The notes under the pieces: generated by a model
The model's input: only the letters and a program-made list of their open reading frames with translations
Databases searched by the model: none
Told to the model about the DNA's origin: nothing
Translations under genes and position numbers: made by a program
Shown: positions 19,518 through 28,588 of the stretch, piece after piece
Layout: every line of letters begins with the position of its first letter
How positions within the stretch are numbered: position 1 is the first letter of the stretch
From: Bacteroidia bacterium
GTDB taxonomy: Bacteria > Bacteroidota > Bacteroidia > Bacteroidales > VadinHA17
Assembly: GCA_026391215.1 (NCBI GenBank)
Contig: JAPLDX010000058.1
Location: 2,887-66,886, forward strand
DNA length: 64,000 nt
Direction: 5' to 3'

Positions 19518-20384
19518 ATGGCATCAGACAATAAAAAGAAGAAAAAGATCAAAGTCGAAACCTTTAAAAAGGATGATCTCTATCACGATGTTAAACCTGA
19601 AAAGAAGGAAAAATTCAGCCGGAAAGAATTTGAAAAACTGCTTCTGAAGCAGGAAATTGAGCTGGTGAAGCTTCAGGAATGGGTGAAGGCAAATAAGCTT
19701 AAAGTTGTTGTAATTTTTGAAGGAAGGGATGCTGCAGGAAAGGGGGGTGTAATAAAGACTATTGCCGGATGTTTGAATCCCAGGATCTGCAGGATCGTAG
19801 CTCTGGGCATACCAACAGAAAAGGAAAAAACACAATGGTATTTTCAACGATATGTGACGCAGCTGCCGGCAGGCGGTGAAATAGTCCTTTTTGACAGGAG
19901 CTGGTATAACCGTGCTGGTGTTGAAAAGGTTATGGGCTATTGTTCCAATGAGGAATATGATGAGTTCCTGCGGTCCTGCCCGGAATTTGAAAAAATGCTT
20001 ATCAGATCAGGGATAATATTGATAAAATACTGGTTCTCAGTTAGTGACAAAGAACAGGAAAAGAGGTTCCAGGACAGGATCCAGGATCCTACAAAACGCT
20101 GGAAGATAAGCCCAATGGACGTTGAATCACGTGATAAATGGGTGGAATATTCCATGGCCAAGGACAAAATGTTCTCATATACCGATACCAAACAATCTCC
20201 CTGGTATGTAGTTCATGCAGACGACAAAAGGAGAGCAAGGCTGAATACCATCGAACACTTTCTTACGCTTATACCTTATAAGGATCTTACACCAAAGCCA
20301 TTCAAGCTGCCACCACTTAAGCACGATGTTGCTTATGTAAGACCTCCGGTAACCGATCAGACTTTTGTTCCTGAAAAATACTAG
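19518..20384 (+). CDS. ppk2: Polyphosphate kinase 2
   Basis: ...VVIFEGRDAAGKGG.IK......NPR...V.AL..P...E....YFQRY...LP..GEIVLFDRSWYNR... matches the PPK2 Walker A and lid motifs. Confidence 0.92.
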   Translation: MASDNKKKKKIKVETFKKDDLYHDVKPEKKEKFSRKEFEKLLLKQEIELVKLQEWVKANKLKVVVIFEGRDAAGKGGVIKTIAGCLNPRICRIVALGIPTEKEKTQWYFQRYVTQLPAGGEIVLFDRSWYNRAGVEKVMGYCSNEEYDEFLRSCPEFEKMLIRSGIILIKYWFSVSDKEQEKRFQDRIQDPTKRWKISPMDVESRDKWVEYSMAKDKMFSYTDTKQSPWYVVHADDKRRARLNTIEHFLTLIPYKDLTPKPFKLPPLKHDVAYVRPPVTDQTFVPEKY

Positions 20385-20389
20385 AATTA

Positions 20390-20475
20390 GTCCTGCCAGT
20401 CTTGCCAGTCATGCAGGTCTTGCAGGTCATTTACGACTTGCAGGACTTGCATGACCTGTAGGACTTGCAAGACTT
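20390..20475 (+). repeat. 9-nt tandem repeat (about 9.5 units) folding into a 39-bp-arm hairpin; probable ppk2 terminator
   Basis: Units GTCCTGCCA GTCTTGCCA GTCATGCAG GTCTTGCAG GTCATTTAC GACTTGCAG GACTTGCAT GACCTGTAG GACTTGCAA GACTT. The two halves are mutually complementary and are followed by TTTTC. Confidence 0.8.
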
Positions 20476-20490
20476 TTCATAATTCTTTCT

Positions 20491-20498
20491 TACTTTTG
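20491..20498 (+). promoter_or_regulatory. Candidate -7 box (TACTTTTG) for hisS
   Basis: Exact TAnnTTTG match 13 nt upstream of ATG 20511, implying a very short leader. Confidence 0.45.
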
Positions 20499-20510
20499 TC
20501 CTAATTGTTC

Positions 20511-21896
20511 ATGCCATCGAAACCATCTATACCAAAGGGGACCCGGGATTTCTCAACGGATGAGATGCTGAAGAGGGAGTATATTTTTGATACCATCAAA
20601 AAGGTTTTCAGAATGTATGGTTATCAACCTATTGAAACTCCGGCTATGGAAAACCTTTCATCATTGCTTGGCAAATATGGAGAGGAAGGCGACAGGCTGA
20701 TTTTCAAGATCCTGAACTCGGGTGATTTCCTCTCGTCAGCCAGCGATGAAGATCTTAAGAAGAGGGAAACAGCAAAGCTCTCGGCACAGATTTGTGAAAA
20801 GGGATTGAGATACGATCTGACAGTACCTTTTGCACGTTACGTAGTGCAACATCGGGACGAGATCGTTTTCCCCTTCAAAAGATACCAGATTCAACCGGTC
20901 TGGAGAGCTGACCGGCCTCAGAAAGGAAGATACCGTGAATTCTTTCAATGTGATGTGGATGTTATTGGAAGTGACTCATTATTAAATGAACTTGAATTGA
21001 TCGGGGTTATTGATGATGTCTTTGAAAGGTTAAATATTAAGGTTCAAATCAGGATTAACAATAGAAAAATCCTCGAAGGTATTGCAGAATATGCAGGGGC
21101 GCCTGATAAAATCATTGAAATTACCACAGCTTTAGATAAATATGAGAAAATTGGATGGGAAAATGTTAAAGAAGAATTAGTTAATAAAGGTCTGAATAAA
21201 AATGTATTACAGAAGTTTGGAAATATAATTCAGGTTATTAACCAGAATAACAGGCAGAAGATTGAATTTTTACATTCAATTTTATTGGATTCTGAAATTG
21301 GGCTTAAGGGAATTGAGGAAATACGTTTTCTGATTGATACTATTGATCTAATCGATTTAAAATCTGAAGTCATCTTCGACTTGACACTGGCCCGTGGCTT
21401 GAATTACTATACAGGTACTATCATAGAGGCAAAATCAGCTGATGTTAGCATAGGAAGCATCTGTGGCGGCGGCCGTTATGATAACCTTACAGGTGTTTTC
21501 GGACTTGAGGGTGTCTCAGGTGTCGGGGTATCATTCGGAGCCGACAGGATTTATGATGTGATGAACCAGCTTGACCTCTTTGATAATATCACTTCTTCAT
21601 CAACAGAAGTGCTTGTACTGAATTTTGGCGAAGCTGAAGCAAAATATGCATTGAAGATCCTTGGGTTGCTCAGGAAGCTTGGTGTAAAGTCTGAACTCTA
21701 TCCAGATCAGGTAAAGCTTAAAAAACAGATGTCGTATTCTGATGCAAGGAAGATACCTTATATTATTATTGCCGGTGAGGAGGAAATCAAAAATAACGAG
21801 CTTACCGTAAAAATTATGTCTTCCGGAGAACAGAAAAAGATCCCGGTTAATGATCTTGAATCTTTTATTCTTTCATTGATAAAACCTTCTGAATAA
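20511..21896 (+). CDS. hisS: Histidine--tRNA ligase
   Basis: [14 protein letters not shown]...[27 protein letters not shown]...GGGRYDNL... are class II aaRS HisRS motifs. The first ATG is at 20511; the track start at 20505 is a TTG. Confidence 0.96.
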   Translation: MPSKPSIPKGTRDFSTDEMLKREYIFDTIKKVFRMYGYQPIETPAMENLSSLLGKYGEEGDRLIFKILNSGDFLSSASDEDLKKRETAKLSAQICEKGLRYDLTVPFARYVVQHRDEIVFPFKRYQIQPVWRADRPQKGRYREFFQCDVDVIGSDSLLNELELIGVIDDVFERLNIKVQIRINNRKILEGIAEYAGAPDKIIEITTALDKYEKIGWENVKEELVNKGLNKNVLQKFGNIIQVINQNNRQKIEFLHSILLDSEIGLKGIEEIRFLIDTIDLIDLKSEVIFDLTLARGLNYYTGTIIEAKSADVSIGSICGGGRYDNLTGVFGLEGVSGVGVSFGADRIYDVMNQLDLFDNITSSSTEVLVLNFGEAEAKYALKILGLLRKLGVKSELYPDQVKLKKQMSYSDARKIPYIIIAGEEEIKNNELTVKIMSSGEQKKIPVNDLESFILSLIKPSE

Positions 21897-22022
21897 CCTC
21901 ATCAGGGAAGTGGTCTCTGCCGTTTCGGATTATCTCTTTACTGTTGCTTCCTGTCCTGAAGCTCATTTAAAAGCTGTTGTCTGTAAAAGAAGCTGAAAGG
22001 TAAATGTGATCAAAGTAAATCG

Positions 22023-22030
22023 TAAATTTG
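22023..22030 (+). promoter_or_regulatory. Candidate -7 box (TAAATTTG) for ychF
   Basis: Exact TAnnTTTG match 26 nt upstream of ATG 22056. Confidence 0.5.
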
Positions 22031-22055
22031 CTGTCAAAATTAAACAATCTGTCTG

Positions 22056-23153
22056 ATGGCACTTCAATGCGGGATAATAGGGATAACAAATGTTGGCAAA
22101 ACAACAATTTTTAACTGTGTTTCCAATACCAGAGGTGAGACGCATGCTTTTGCATCCAGTGCAGTAAAATCCAATATCGGTGTTGTACAGGTTCCGGATC
22201 AGAGATTGTATGAGCTTGAAAAACATCAGGTTACAGAGAAGATAGTACATACTACGGTTGAGCTGGTTGATATACCCGGACTATCTAAAGGATCAAACAA
22301 GGGCGAGGGCAGCGGAAATAAATTCCTCGGAGATATCAGGAATACGGATGCCCTGATCCAGGCTCTCAGGTGTTTTGATAACGAAGCATTGCCCCATCCT
22401 GATGGATCTGTCGACCCGGTAAGGGATATTGAGACAATTGACCTTGAACTCCAGGTAAAAGATATTGAATCCGTTGAAAAGAAGATTGATCGCCTTAAAA
22501 AGGCATCCAGGGTCGGTGATAAAGAGGCGATACATGGTCTTGAAGTACTTGAACGCTTCCACCAGCATATTGAAGGCTTTAATAATGCCCGTTCACTTAC
22601 TGTGAAGGATGATGAAAGAAAATTTATCGATGATCTCTTTCTTCTTACCATGAAACCGGTGATGTATGTTTGTAATGTCGATGAGAAATCCGCAACAGGC
22701 GGCAACCATCATACAGAAAAAGTAAAAGAGTTTTTAAAAGGTAAAGACGCTGAAATACTGATCATTGCAGGAGCCCTTGAAGCTGAGATTGCAGAACTGG
22801 AAAATAAGGATGACCGTCTGTCGTTTTTAAAGGACGCGGGCCTTGAAGAGCCGGGGGTGGATAAGCTTGTAAGAGCAGCATACAGGATGTTGAATCTTCA
22901 GACATTCTTCACTGTGGGCCCGAAGGAAATAAAGGCATGGACAATTAAAAAGGGCATGACGGCTCCACAGGCAGCAGGAGTGATACACAGCGACCTTGAA
23001 AGAGGATTTATACGAGCCGAGGTTATGAAATACGGCGACTTTATAACTCTGGGTTCCGAACATGCCTGCAAGGAGGCCGGAAAGTTCCATGTTGAGGGAA
23101 GGACTTATGTAGTAGATGACGGCGATATCATGTATATAAGGTTTAATGTTTAG
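22056..23153 (+). CDS. ychF: Ribosome-binding ATPase YchF
   Basis: MALQCGIIGITNVGKTTIFN... is the P-loop. The C-terminal TGS-like stretch is ...AWTIKKGMTAPQAAGVIHSDLERGFIRAEV.... Confidence 0.95.
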   Translation: MALQCGIIGITNVGKTTIFNCVSNTRGETHAFASSAVKSNIGVVQVPDQRLYELEKHQVTEKIVHTTVELVDIPGLSKGSNKGEGSGNKFLGDIRNTDALIQALRCFDNEALPHPDGSVDPVRDIETIDLELQVKDIESVEKKIDRLKKASRVGDKEAIHGLEVLERFHQHIEGFNNARSLTVKDDERKFIDDLFLLTMKPVMYVCNVDEKSATGGNHHTEKVKEFLKGKDAEILIIAGALEAEIAELENKDDRLSFLKDAGLEEPGVDKLVRAAYRMLNLQTFFTVGPKEIKAWTIKKGMTAPQAAGVIHSDLERGFIRAEVMKYGDFITLGSEHACKEAGKFHVEGRTYVVDDGDIMYIRFNV

Positions 23154-23161
23154 GGTCAGTG

Positions 23162-24856
23162 ATGGACAGTAGACACATCCTATTATTGTTTCTTTTACCA
23201 TTATTCACACTGAATCTGAGTGCTCAGGGAATCAGTGACGATATTTCTCTCCGTGAGGAAATAAGCCGTTATGGTCAGGCAAGAATAACGATAGCTTTCC
23301 CAGGTACCGGAAAAATGAATGACCTGGCACAATTTGTTTCTGTGAGTTCAGTAAGAGGGAAGAGTGTTGAGATTGTCCTCACTCCCCTTACCATTGACTG
23401 GTTCATTTCACAGCAATTTGATTTTGCTATTATTGAAAGACCTGATAGTAAGTCTGTTATAACAGCTGCTGATCTTAACCAGGCGATGGAGTGGGAGAGT
23501 TATCCTTCCTATACTCAGTATGATTCAATCATGAGGAGCTTTGCAAATACATATCCTGCTTTGTGTCTTCTTGATACTATCGGGACAAGTATTTACGGCA
23601 AGCTGATCCTGGTATTAAAGATCTCAGATAATGTAACTGAAGATGAGGATGAGCCTGAGACATTTTACTCTTCATCTATACATGGCGATGAGACGGGAGG
23701 ATTTATTTTAATGCTTCGCCTGGCAGATTATCTGCTTAAAAACTATAGCACGAATTCCAGGGCCAGGAACCTTGTGGATAATCTTGAATTATGGATCAAT
23801 CCACTGGCAAATCCTGATGGAACATACAGGACCGGCAATAAAATAAGTTCTCCGGTAAGGGCTAACGCTAACGGTTATGATCTGAACAGAAACTTTCCCG
23901 ATCCTTCAACGAGTCCTACAAGACAGAAAGAAACTCTTGACATGGTCAAATTCATGCGCGAGCATAATTTTGTAATTTCAGCCAACTTTCATTCGGGTGA
24001 GGAGGTCGTGAACTACCCGTGGGACAGGTGGTCAAGATTACATGCTGATAATGACTGGTTTTATAATGTAAGCAGGAAATATGCTGATACAGTTCATCTC
24101 CATGCAGCTTCAGGGTATATGGATTATCTGGAGAATGGGGTCACCAATGGCTATGACTGGTATGCAATCTATGGAGGGAGACAGGATTTTATGACATACG
24201 AACTTCATGGACGGGAAGTGACAATCGAACTTCATAACTCCTATGTTACACCCTCAGGTCAGCTGGATTTGTTGTGGCAGTACAACTGGCGTTCTCTCCT
24301 GGGTTACCTCGACAATGCCCTGTATGGAATACATGGAAAAGTAGAGAATGCAGTAACCGGGGACCCGGTAACAGCAAAGGTTTTCATAAAAGGTCATGAT
24401 AAAGACAGCTCGCATGTTTATTCCGAAAAACTGGACGGAAGCTTCGTGCGGCTTCTTGCACCGGGATTCTGGGATCTGGAATTCACAGCCTTTGGGTATC
24501 TCGAAACTGCTGTTAATGATGTAGTTGTAGTGGATGGTCAGAAGACTGAGATTATTGTCGAAATGGAACCGATACTGAATCCTGTTGATACAATTGCAAC
24601 CCCGGTTCTTATTTTATATCCGAATCCATCAGATGAATATTTGCGTGTCGTCCTTCCTTCCAGACAGATTGGTATCATTAATGTAAGAATAATCACTTCG
24701 CTGGGGTATAAGGTTGCAGAATATACAGAACAAACTATTGAGGGATGCCCGCTCATTATAAATGTTAAAGGATTAGCCGCAGGAGCTTATACACTGGTAC
24801 TCACCAACTCAGTAACAAAATTCTCCGACAAAAGCCGGTTTGTTGTTGTCAGGTAA
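23162..24856 (+). CDS. M14-family zinc carboxypeptidase with T9SS C-terminal sorting domain
   Basis: Signal peptide, then HGDETGG and NPDG motifs. The C-terminus ...LILYPNPSDEYLRVVL...YTLVLTN... is a typical Por/T9SS CTD. Confidence 0.88.
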   Translation: MDSRHILLLFLLPLFTLNLSAQGISDDISLREEISRYGQARITIAFPGTGKMNDLAQFVSVSSVRGKSVEIVLTPLTIDWFISQQFDFAIIERPDSKSVITAADLNQAMEWESYPSYTQYDSIMRSFANTYPALCLLDTIGTSIYGKLILVLKISDNVTEDEDEPETFYSSSIHGDETGGFILMLRLADYLLKNYSTNSRARNLVDNLELWINPLANPDGTYRTGNKISSPVRANANGYDLNRNFPDPSTSPTRQKETLDMVKFMREHNFVISANFHSGEEVVNYPWDRWSRLHADNDWFYNVSRKYADTVHLHAASGYMDYLENGVTNGYDWYAIYGGRQDFMTYELHGREVTIELHNSYVTPSGQLDLLWQYNWRSLLGYLDNALYGIHGKVENAVTGDPVTAKVFIKGHDKDSSHVYSEKLDGSFVRLLAPGFWDLEFTAFGYLETAVNDVVVVDGQKTEIIVEMEPILNPVDTIATPVLILYPNPSDEYLRVVLPSRQIGIINVRIITSLGYKVAEYTEQTIEGCPLIINVKGLAAGAYTLVLTNSVTKFSDKSRFVVVR

Positions 24857-24887
24857 CAAAAAGTGTTGCTTCTCTGATTAAAAAAGT

Positions 24888-24895
24888 TACTTTTG
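24888..24895 (+). promoter_or_regulatory. Candidate -7 box (TACTTTTG)
   Basis: Exact TAnnTTTG match 52 nt upstream of ATG 24947. Confidence 0.4.
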
Positions 24896-24946
24896 AACCT
24901 TTGTTTTGGCTGAATTGGTAATAAAAAAAGAAGACGAGCAGTATAT

Positions 24947-26614
24947 ATGAAGGTGCAGAGTATGAGAAGGCTGAAATCAGTGATCTATTTGTCATTATTT
25001 ATTTGCTCAGGATTAATGGGTCAGGGGGCTTATATTCCGCCTGACAAGCCAAAGTTAGTGGTCGGGATCATTATAGAGCAGCTTAGATTTGATCAGCTTG
25101 AAAAATTCGCTGACAGACTGGGTCAGAATGGGATCAGGCGGCTGTTAAATGAGGGAACCAGTTTTCAAAACGCATCTTATCAGTATATGCTGACACAGTC
25201 TGCTCCGGGGCATGCTACAATTTCAACAGGTACTGAACCTGCATGGCACGGCATCACTTCCGATAACTGGTATCTCGCGCTTAGGAATGAGCTAATTTAT
25301 TGCTCAAAGGATATGAATGTCAGACCTGCAGGAGATACTCTTCCATCAGGGTCCCATTCTCCGGTAAATCTCCTGGCATCAACATTCACTGACGAGCTTA
25401 AGATGGCCACAGGGGGAAATTCAAAGGTATTTGGTATAGGCTTAAAAGAACATCCATCAATTTTTTCAGCCGGACATTCAGCAGACTGTGCCTACTGGTT
25501 CGATAATGCCTCAGGCTCATGGATCTCAAGCAGCTGGTACATAGATTCTCTTCCTGCATGGGTGAATGACTTCAATGCCCGGAAATACCCGGAAGCATTT
25601 CTCTACAGTCAGTGGGATTTACTGAGGCCTTTACAGGATTATTCCGATTGTATTTCTGATACGAATGTTTTTGAGGCTGGCTTTAACGGGCAGAATTATT
25701 TTCCTTACGATCTCAGGAAGATCGGCAATAAAGGAAATCCGGCCCCCCGTCACGATCTTTCAGTAATACAGGAGACACCTTTCGGGAATACCCTGACGAC
25801 AAGCTTTGCCAAAGCGCTTATTGAAAATGAGAAGCTGGGCAGGGATGACATAACCGATTTTCTTGCAATTTGTTACACATCAACTGATTATATCGGTCAC
25901 AGGTTCGGCCCCTCTTCATATGAGATGGCAGATGCCATATTCAGGCTTGATAAGGAAATTGAGGATATCATAACTTACCTGGTTGATTCAATAGGGAAGA
26001 AGAACATACTTGTTTATTTCACCTCTGCACATGGTATTTCAGAAATACCGGGGATTCTGGAGGACAACAGGATCCCTTCAGGGTATTTCAGGCAGGATCA
26101 GGCTTTATATCTGCTCAGGAGCTACCTCAAAGCTTTGTATGGGGAGGGTGAATGGATTAAAGGATATTCTGAGAGCCAGGTGTTTCTTAACAGGACATTG
26201 ATTGAAGATTCAAAGATCCCGCTTGAGGATGTTCAGAAGAAAGTGGCAAGATTTATTGTTCAGTTTTCAGGTATCGCCTCAGCATATCCTTACTCTGCAT
26301 TTGAGGTAAATGATTTCGGTGAAGGGAATCTGAAGAGGATAATTAATAGTTTCAGCCCGCAGAGATCGGGTGACGTAATAATTACGTTTTATCCGGGTTG
26401 GGTGGAAAAAGTAAATGATTATGTGACAAACCACAATTCACCTTATGAATGTGACTCGCATGTACCTCTTATATGGTATGGATGGAGTGTTGACAGGGCC
26501 AGAATCACGCGGGAGGTGAATATGACTGACATTGCACCCACGCTTTCATCAATACTTAAAGTGCCTTATCCCAATGCATGTACAGGCGAACCTCTGTTTG
26601 AACTTTTCAGGTAA
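24947..26614 (+). CDS. Alkaline-phosphatase-superfamily enzyme (nucleotide pyrophosphatase/phosphodiesterase-like)
   Basis: Signal peptide, then ...QSAPGHATISTGTEPAWHGI... and ...SAHG... AlkP-core metal-site motifs. Confidence 0.8.
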   Translation: MKVQSMRRLKSVIYLSLFICSGLMGQGAYIPPDKPKLVVGIIIEQLRFDQLEKFADRLGQNGIRRLLNEGTSFQNASYQYMLTQSAPGHATISTGTEPAWHGITSDNWYLALRNELIYCSKDMNVRPAGDTLPSGSHSPVNLLASTFTDELKMATGGNSKVFGIGLKEHPSIFSAGHSADCAYWFDNASGSWISSSWYIDSLPAWVNDFNARKYPEAFLYSQWDLLRPLQDYSDCISDTNVFEAGFNGQNYFPYDLRKIGNKGNPAPRHDLSVIQETPFGNTLTTSFAKALIENEKLGRDDITDFLAICYTSTDYIGHRFGPSSYEMADAIFRLDKEIEDIITYLVDSIGKKNILVYFTSAHGISEIPGILEDNRIPSGYFRQDQALYLLRSYLKALYGEGEWIKGYSESQVFLNRTLIEDSKIPLEDVQKKVARFIVQFSGIASAYPYSAFEVNDFGEGNLKRIINSFSPQRSGDVIITFYPGWVEKVNDYVTNHNSPYECDSHVPLIWYGWSVDRARITREVNMTDIAPTLSSILKVPYPNACTGEPLFELFR

Positions 26615-27332
26615 TTCGTATTTTATCTCTTACTCCACAGGCATCGGCAAGGAGATCAGGATTTTTTTCACAGCCGTTGCCTAAAATGATAAGATTGGCA
26701 CCTGCTTCAAAAATATCCTGCACTTCTTCCTTATTTCTTATCCCTCCTCCTACAGCCAGGGGGACAGAGATATTTTCCCTGACAGCCTTGATTATTGGGA
26801 CAGGGATCGGATTTGATGCTCCGCTCCCTGCTTCCAGGTACATCATGCTTAATCCAAGCATTTCACCTGCCATAGCCGTGGCTACAACAATATCAGTTTT
26901 ATCGGCAGGAATAGCTTCGGTCTGACTGATATATTCCACCGATGTCTTTGATCCGCAGCTTATGAGGATATATCCTACAGATACCAGTTTTTCCCTTACA
27001 TCTTTCAGGTATGGAGCCGCTATAACATGATTTCCGATCAGCAGTTCCGGATTTCTTCCGGAAATTAGTGAAAGGAGCATTATATTATCAGCCTTATGAC
27101 TTAGCTGAAGGAGGTTCCCGGGGAAAAGAACCACAGGAATGGAACAGGAATTCTTTATAGTATCTATCATCTGGTCGATACCGCTGAAAGTGAGGCTCCC
27201 TCCAGCCATAATATAATCCGCATTGCAGTTTGTTGCTACTTTGAGAATGTTGTATAGAGAATCACCCCTGGCTTTGTCAGGATCAAGAAGCAGGGCAATG
27301 CTTTTATCCCGGGGGAACTTACTTGATTTCAT
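26607..27332 (-). CDS. Geranylgeranylglyceryl/heptaprenylglyceryl phosphate synthase family protein (PcrB/GGGPS)
   Basis: ...LLLDPDK...MAGGS...VLFPG...YLEAGSGA...AVGGGIR...IILGN... are GGGPS/PcrB signature blocks. The start is set at ATG 27332, a 14-nt overlap with the upstream gene. Confidence 0.85.
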   Translation of the reverse strand: MKSSKFPRDKSIALLLDPDKARGDSLYNILKVATNCNADYIMAGGSLTFSGIDQMIDTIKNSCSIPVVLFPGNLLQLSHKADNIMLLSLISGRNPELLIGNHVIAAPYLKDVREKLVSVGYILISCGSKTSVEYISQTEAIPADKTDIVVATAMAGEMLGLSMMYLEAGSGASNPIPVPIIKAVRENISVPLAVGGGIRNKEEVQDIFEAGANLIILGNGCEKNPDLLADACGVRDKIRIT

Positions 27333-27966
27333 AATTCTTTTTTGTCCACACAATTGCATAATTATCATACCTGGAATAGAAGAGGTCAAAGGATTCATTT
27401 ATTTTCCGGGTGTGAACAGCACCTTTTATTTCTCCGGAGTCCTTTACTTCAAAAGGCTCAATTGTTAAGTTCTTTCTGAAACTTATTCCTTCCTTGTCAC
27501 ATATTTTATAAAGAGCCTCTTTTGCGCACCAGTGAAGGTAAAGATGATATTTCCGGTTATTAGGATCTTTACTTATTTTCTCTTTTCTGTTGATAAATTT
27601 AAAGGAAAGAGCACCAATGTTTGAACTCATATATTCAAGATCGATGCCCACCTTTTCACTGGTGCTGCACAGGATCGCTGTCAGCTTATGCGAATGTGAG
27701 ATGCTGATAAATCTAGATCCGTCTTTAAGGAACGGCTTGTTATTCTTGTTATAGACTATTCTTGCATCTTTCCCCAGCAGCTCAGCCAGAAGAGCGCGTA
27801 CGCTTAAAAATTCAAGTCGGCGGGAGGTGCTGGTGAATCCTTTATATTTCTTCTTATCAATAGCATCCAGGTTGACAAGTTCGAGAAGGACATTGATATC
27901 CTCTTCTATCTTCCATACACCGAGGATAGATGATCCGTTAAGATAATGTTTTGTAATACAACCCAT
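27319..27966 (-). CDS. 4'-phosphopantetheinyl transferase (Sfp-type)
   Basis: ...ISISHSH...VGIDLEYM...WCAKEALYK... are PPTase motifs. Confidence 0.85.
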   Translation of the reverse strand: MGCITKHYLNGSSILGVWKIEEDINVLLELVNLDAIDKKKYKGFTSTSRRLEFLSVRALLAELLGKDARIVYNKNNKPFLKDGSRFISISHSHKLTAILCSTSEKVGIDLEYMSSNIGALSFKFINRKEKISKDPNNRKYHLYLHWCAKEALYKICDKEGISFRKNLTIEPFEVKDSGEIKGAVHTRKINESFDLFYSRYDNYAIVWTKKNYEIK

Positions 27967-27982
27967 TAATAAGCTGTCAAAG

Positions 27983-28588
27983 TTAACTTTCCTTCCATCT
28001 CAGAGTTTCAATCATATGAATGATATCTTCCCTGAAAAATTCATTTACCGGTGCGAGGGAATCAGGATTCGGCTCAGATAAAAAGTATAGTGATCCCCTG
28101 AAAAAATGGCTTATACTATCTGTGACGAAGAACTGCACTGCAGTAGCCGTATTTCCCTTCAGATCGTAAAGGATGCCATAAACATTATTTTCAGGATCAC
28201 TGAATACCTGCTCGTTTATTGCATCGGCTTTTGAAATGTGGTTTTTTACATTCATCCTGTATGTCTGCTCCATAAGTTCGGCAAGGTCATTGTTGATATC
28301 CCTGTATGTAATATATATCCTGGCATTATATGAAGGGAAATCAATATTGAACCAGCCGGGTTCAGAGCTGACGTTTTCATCGAAAGAAATTCTTCCATAT
28401 TTCGGATACTCAAAGCTTACAGGAAGATATCCATCCTGCCTGACAGTATCATTGAAAACAGTATATTCTTTTGATGGCAGGTCAATCCGGAAATAGCCCT
28501 TCGGCTTTGGAACGGCAACCTCCCTGCATCCAACCAGAATACTTGCTAAAGCTATGATAATAAGGATATTATTCTTCAGCATTATCAT
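27983..28588 (-). CDS. gldD: Gliding-motility lipoprotein GldD-like
   Basis: Lipoprotein signal (...LASILVGC) and ...PKPKGYFRIDLP.... It lies immediately downstream of the gldE-like gene, as in Flavobacterium. Confidence 0.65.
   Translation of the reverse strand: MIMLKNNILIIIALASILVGCREVAVPKPKGYFRIDLPSKEYTVFNDTVRQDGYLPVSFEYPKYGRISFDENVSSEPGWFNIDFPSYNARIYITYRDINNDLAELMEQTYRMNVKNHISKADAINEQVFSDPENNVYGILYDLKGNTATAVQFFVTDSISHFFRGSLYFLSEPNPDSLAPVNEFFREDIIHMIETLRWKES

Noticed and set aside
20390-20475. Tandem 9-nt repeats considered as a CRISPR array or a coding minisatellite.
   Set aside because: The units are contiguous, with no spacers, and far shorter than CRISPR repeats. The tract lies after the ppk2 stop in no long ORF. 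It is better explained as a repeat-built hairpin.
22226-22705. 159-aa minus-strand ORF (and the 91-aa ORF at 22293-22568).
   Set aside because: It is antisense to ychF, which has unambiguous P-loop and TGS motifs.
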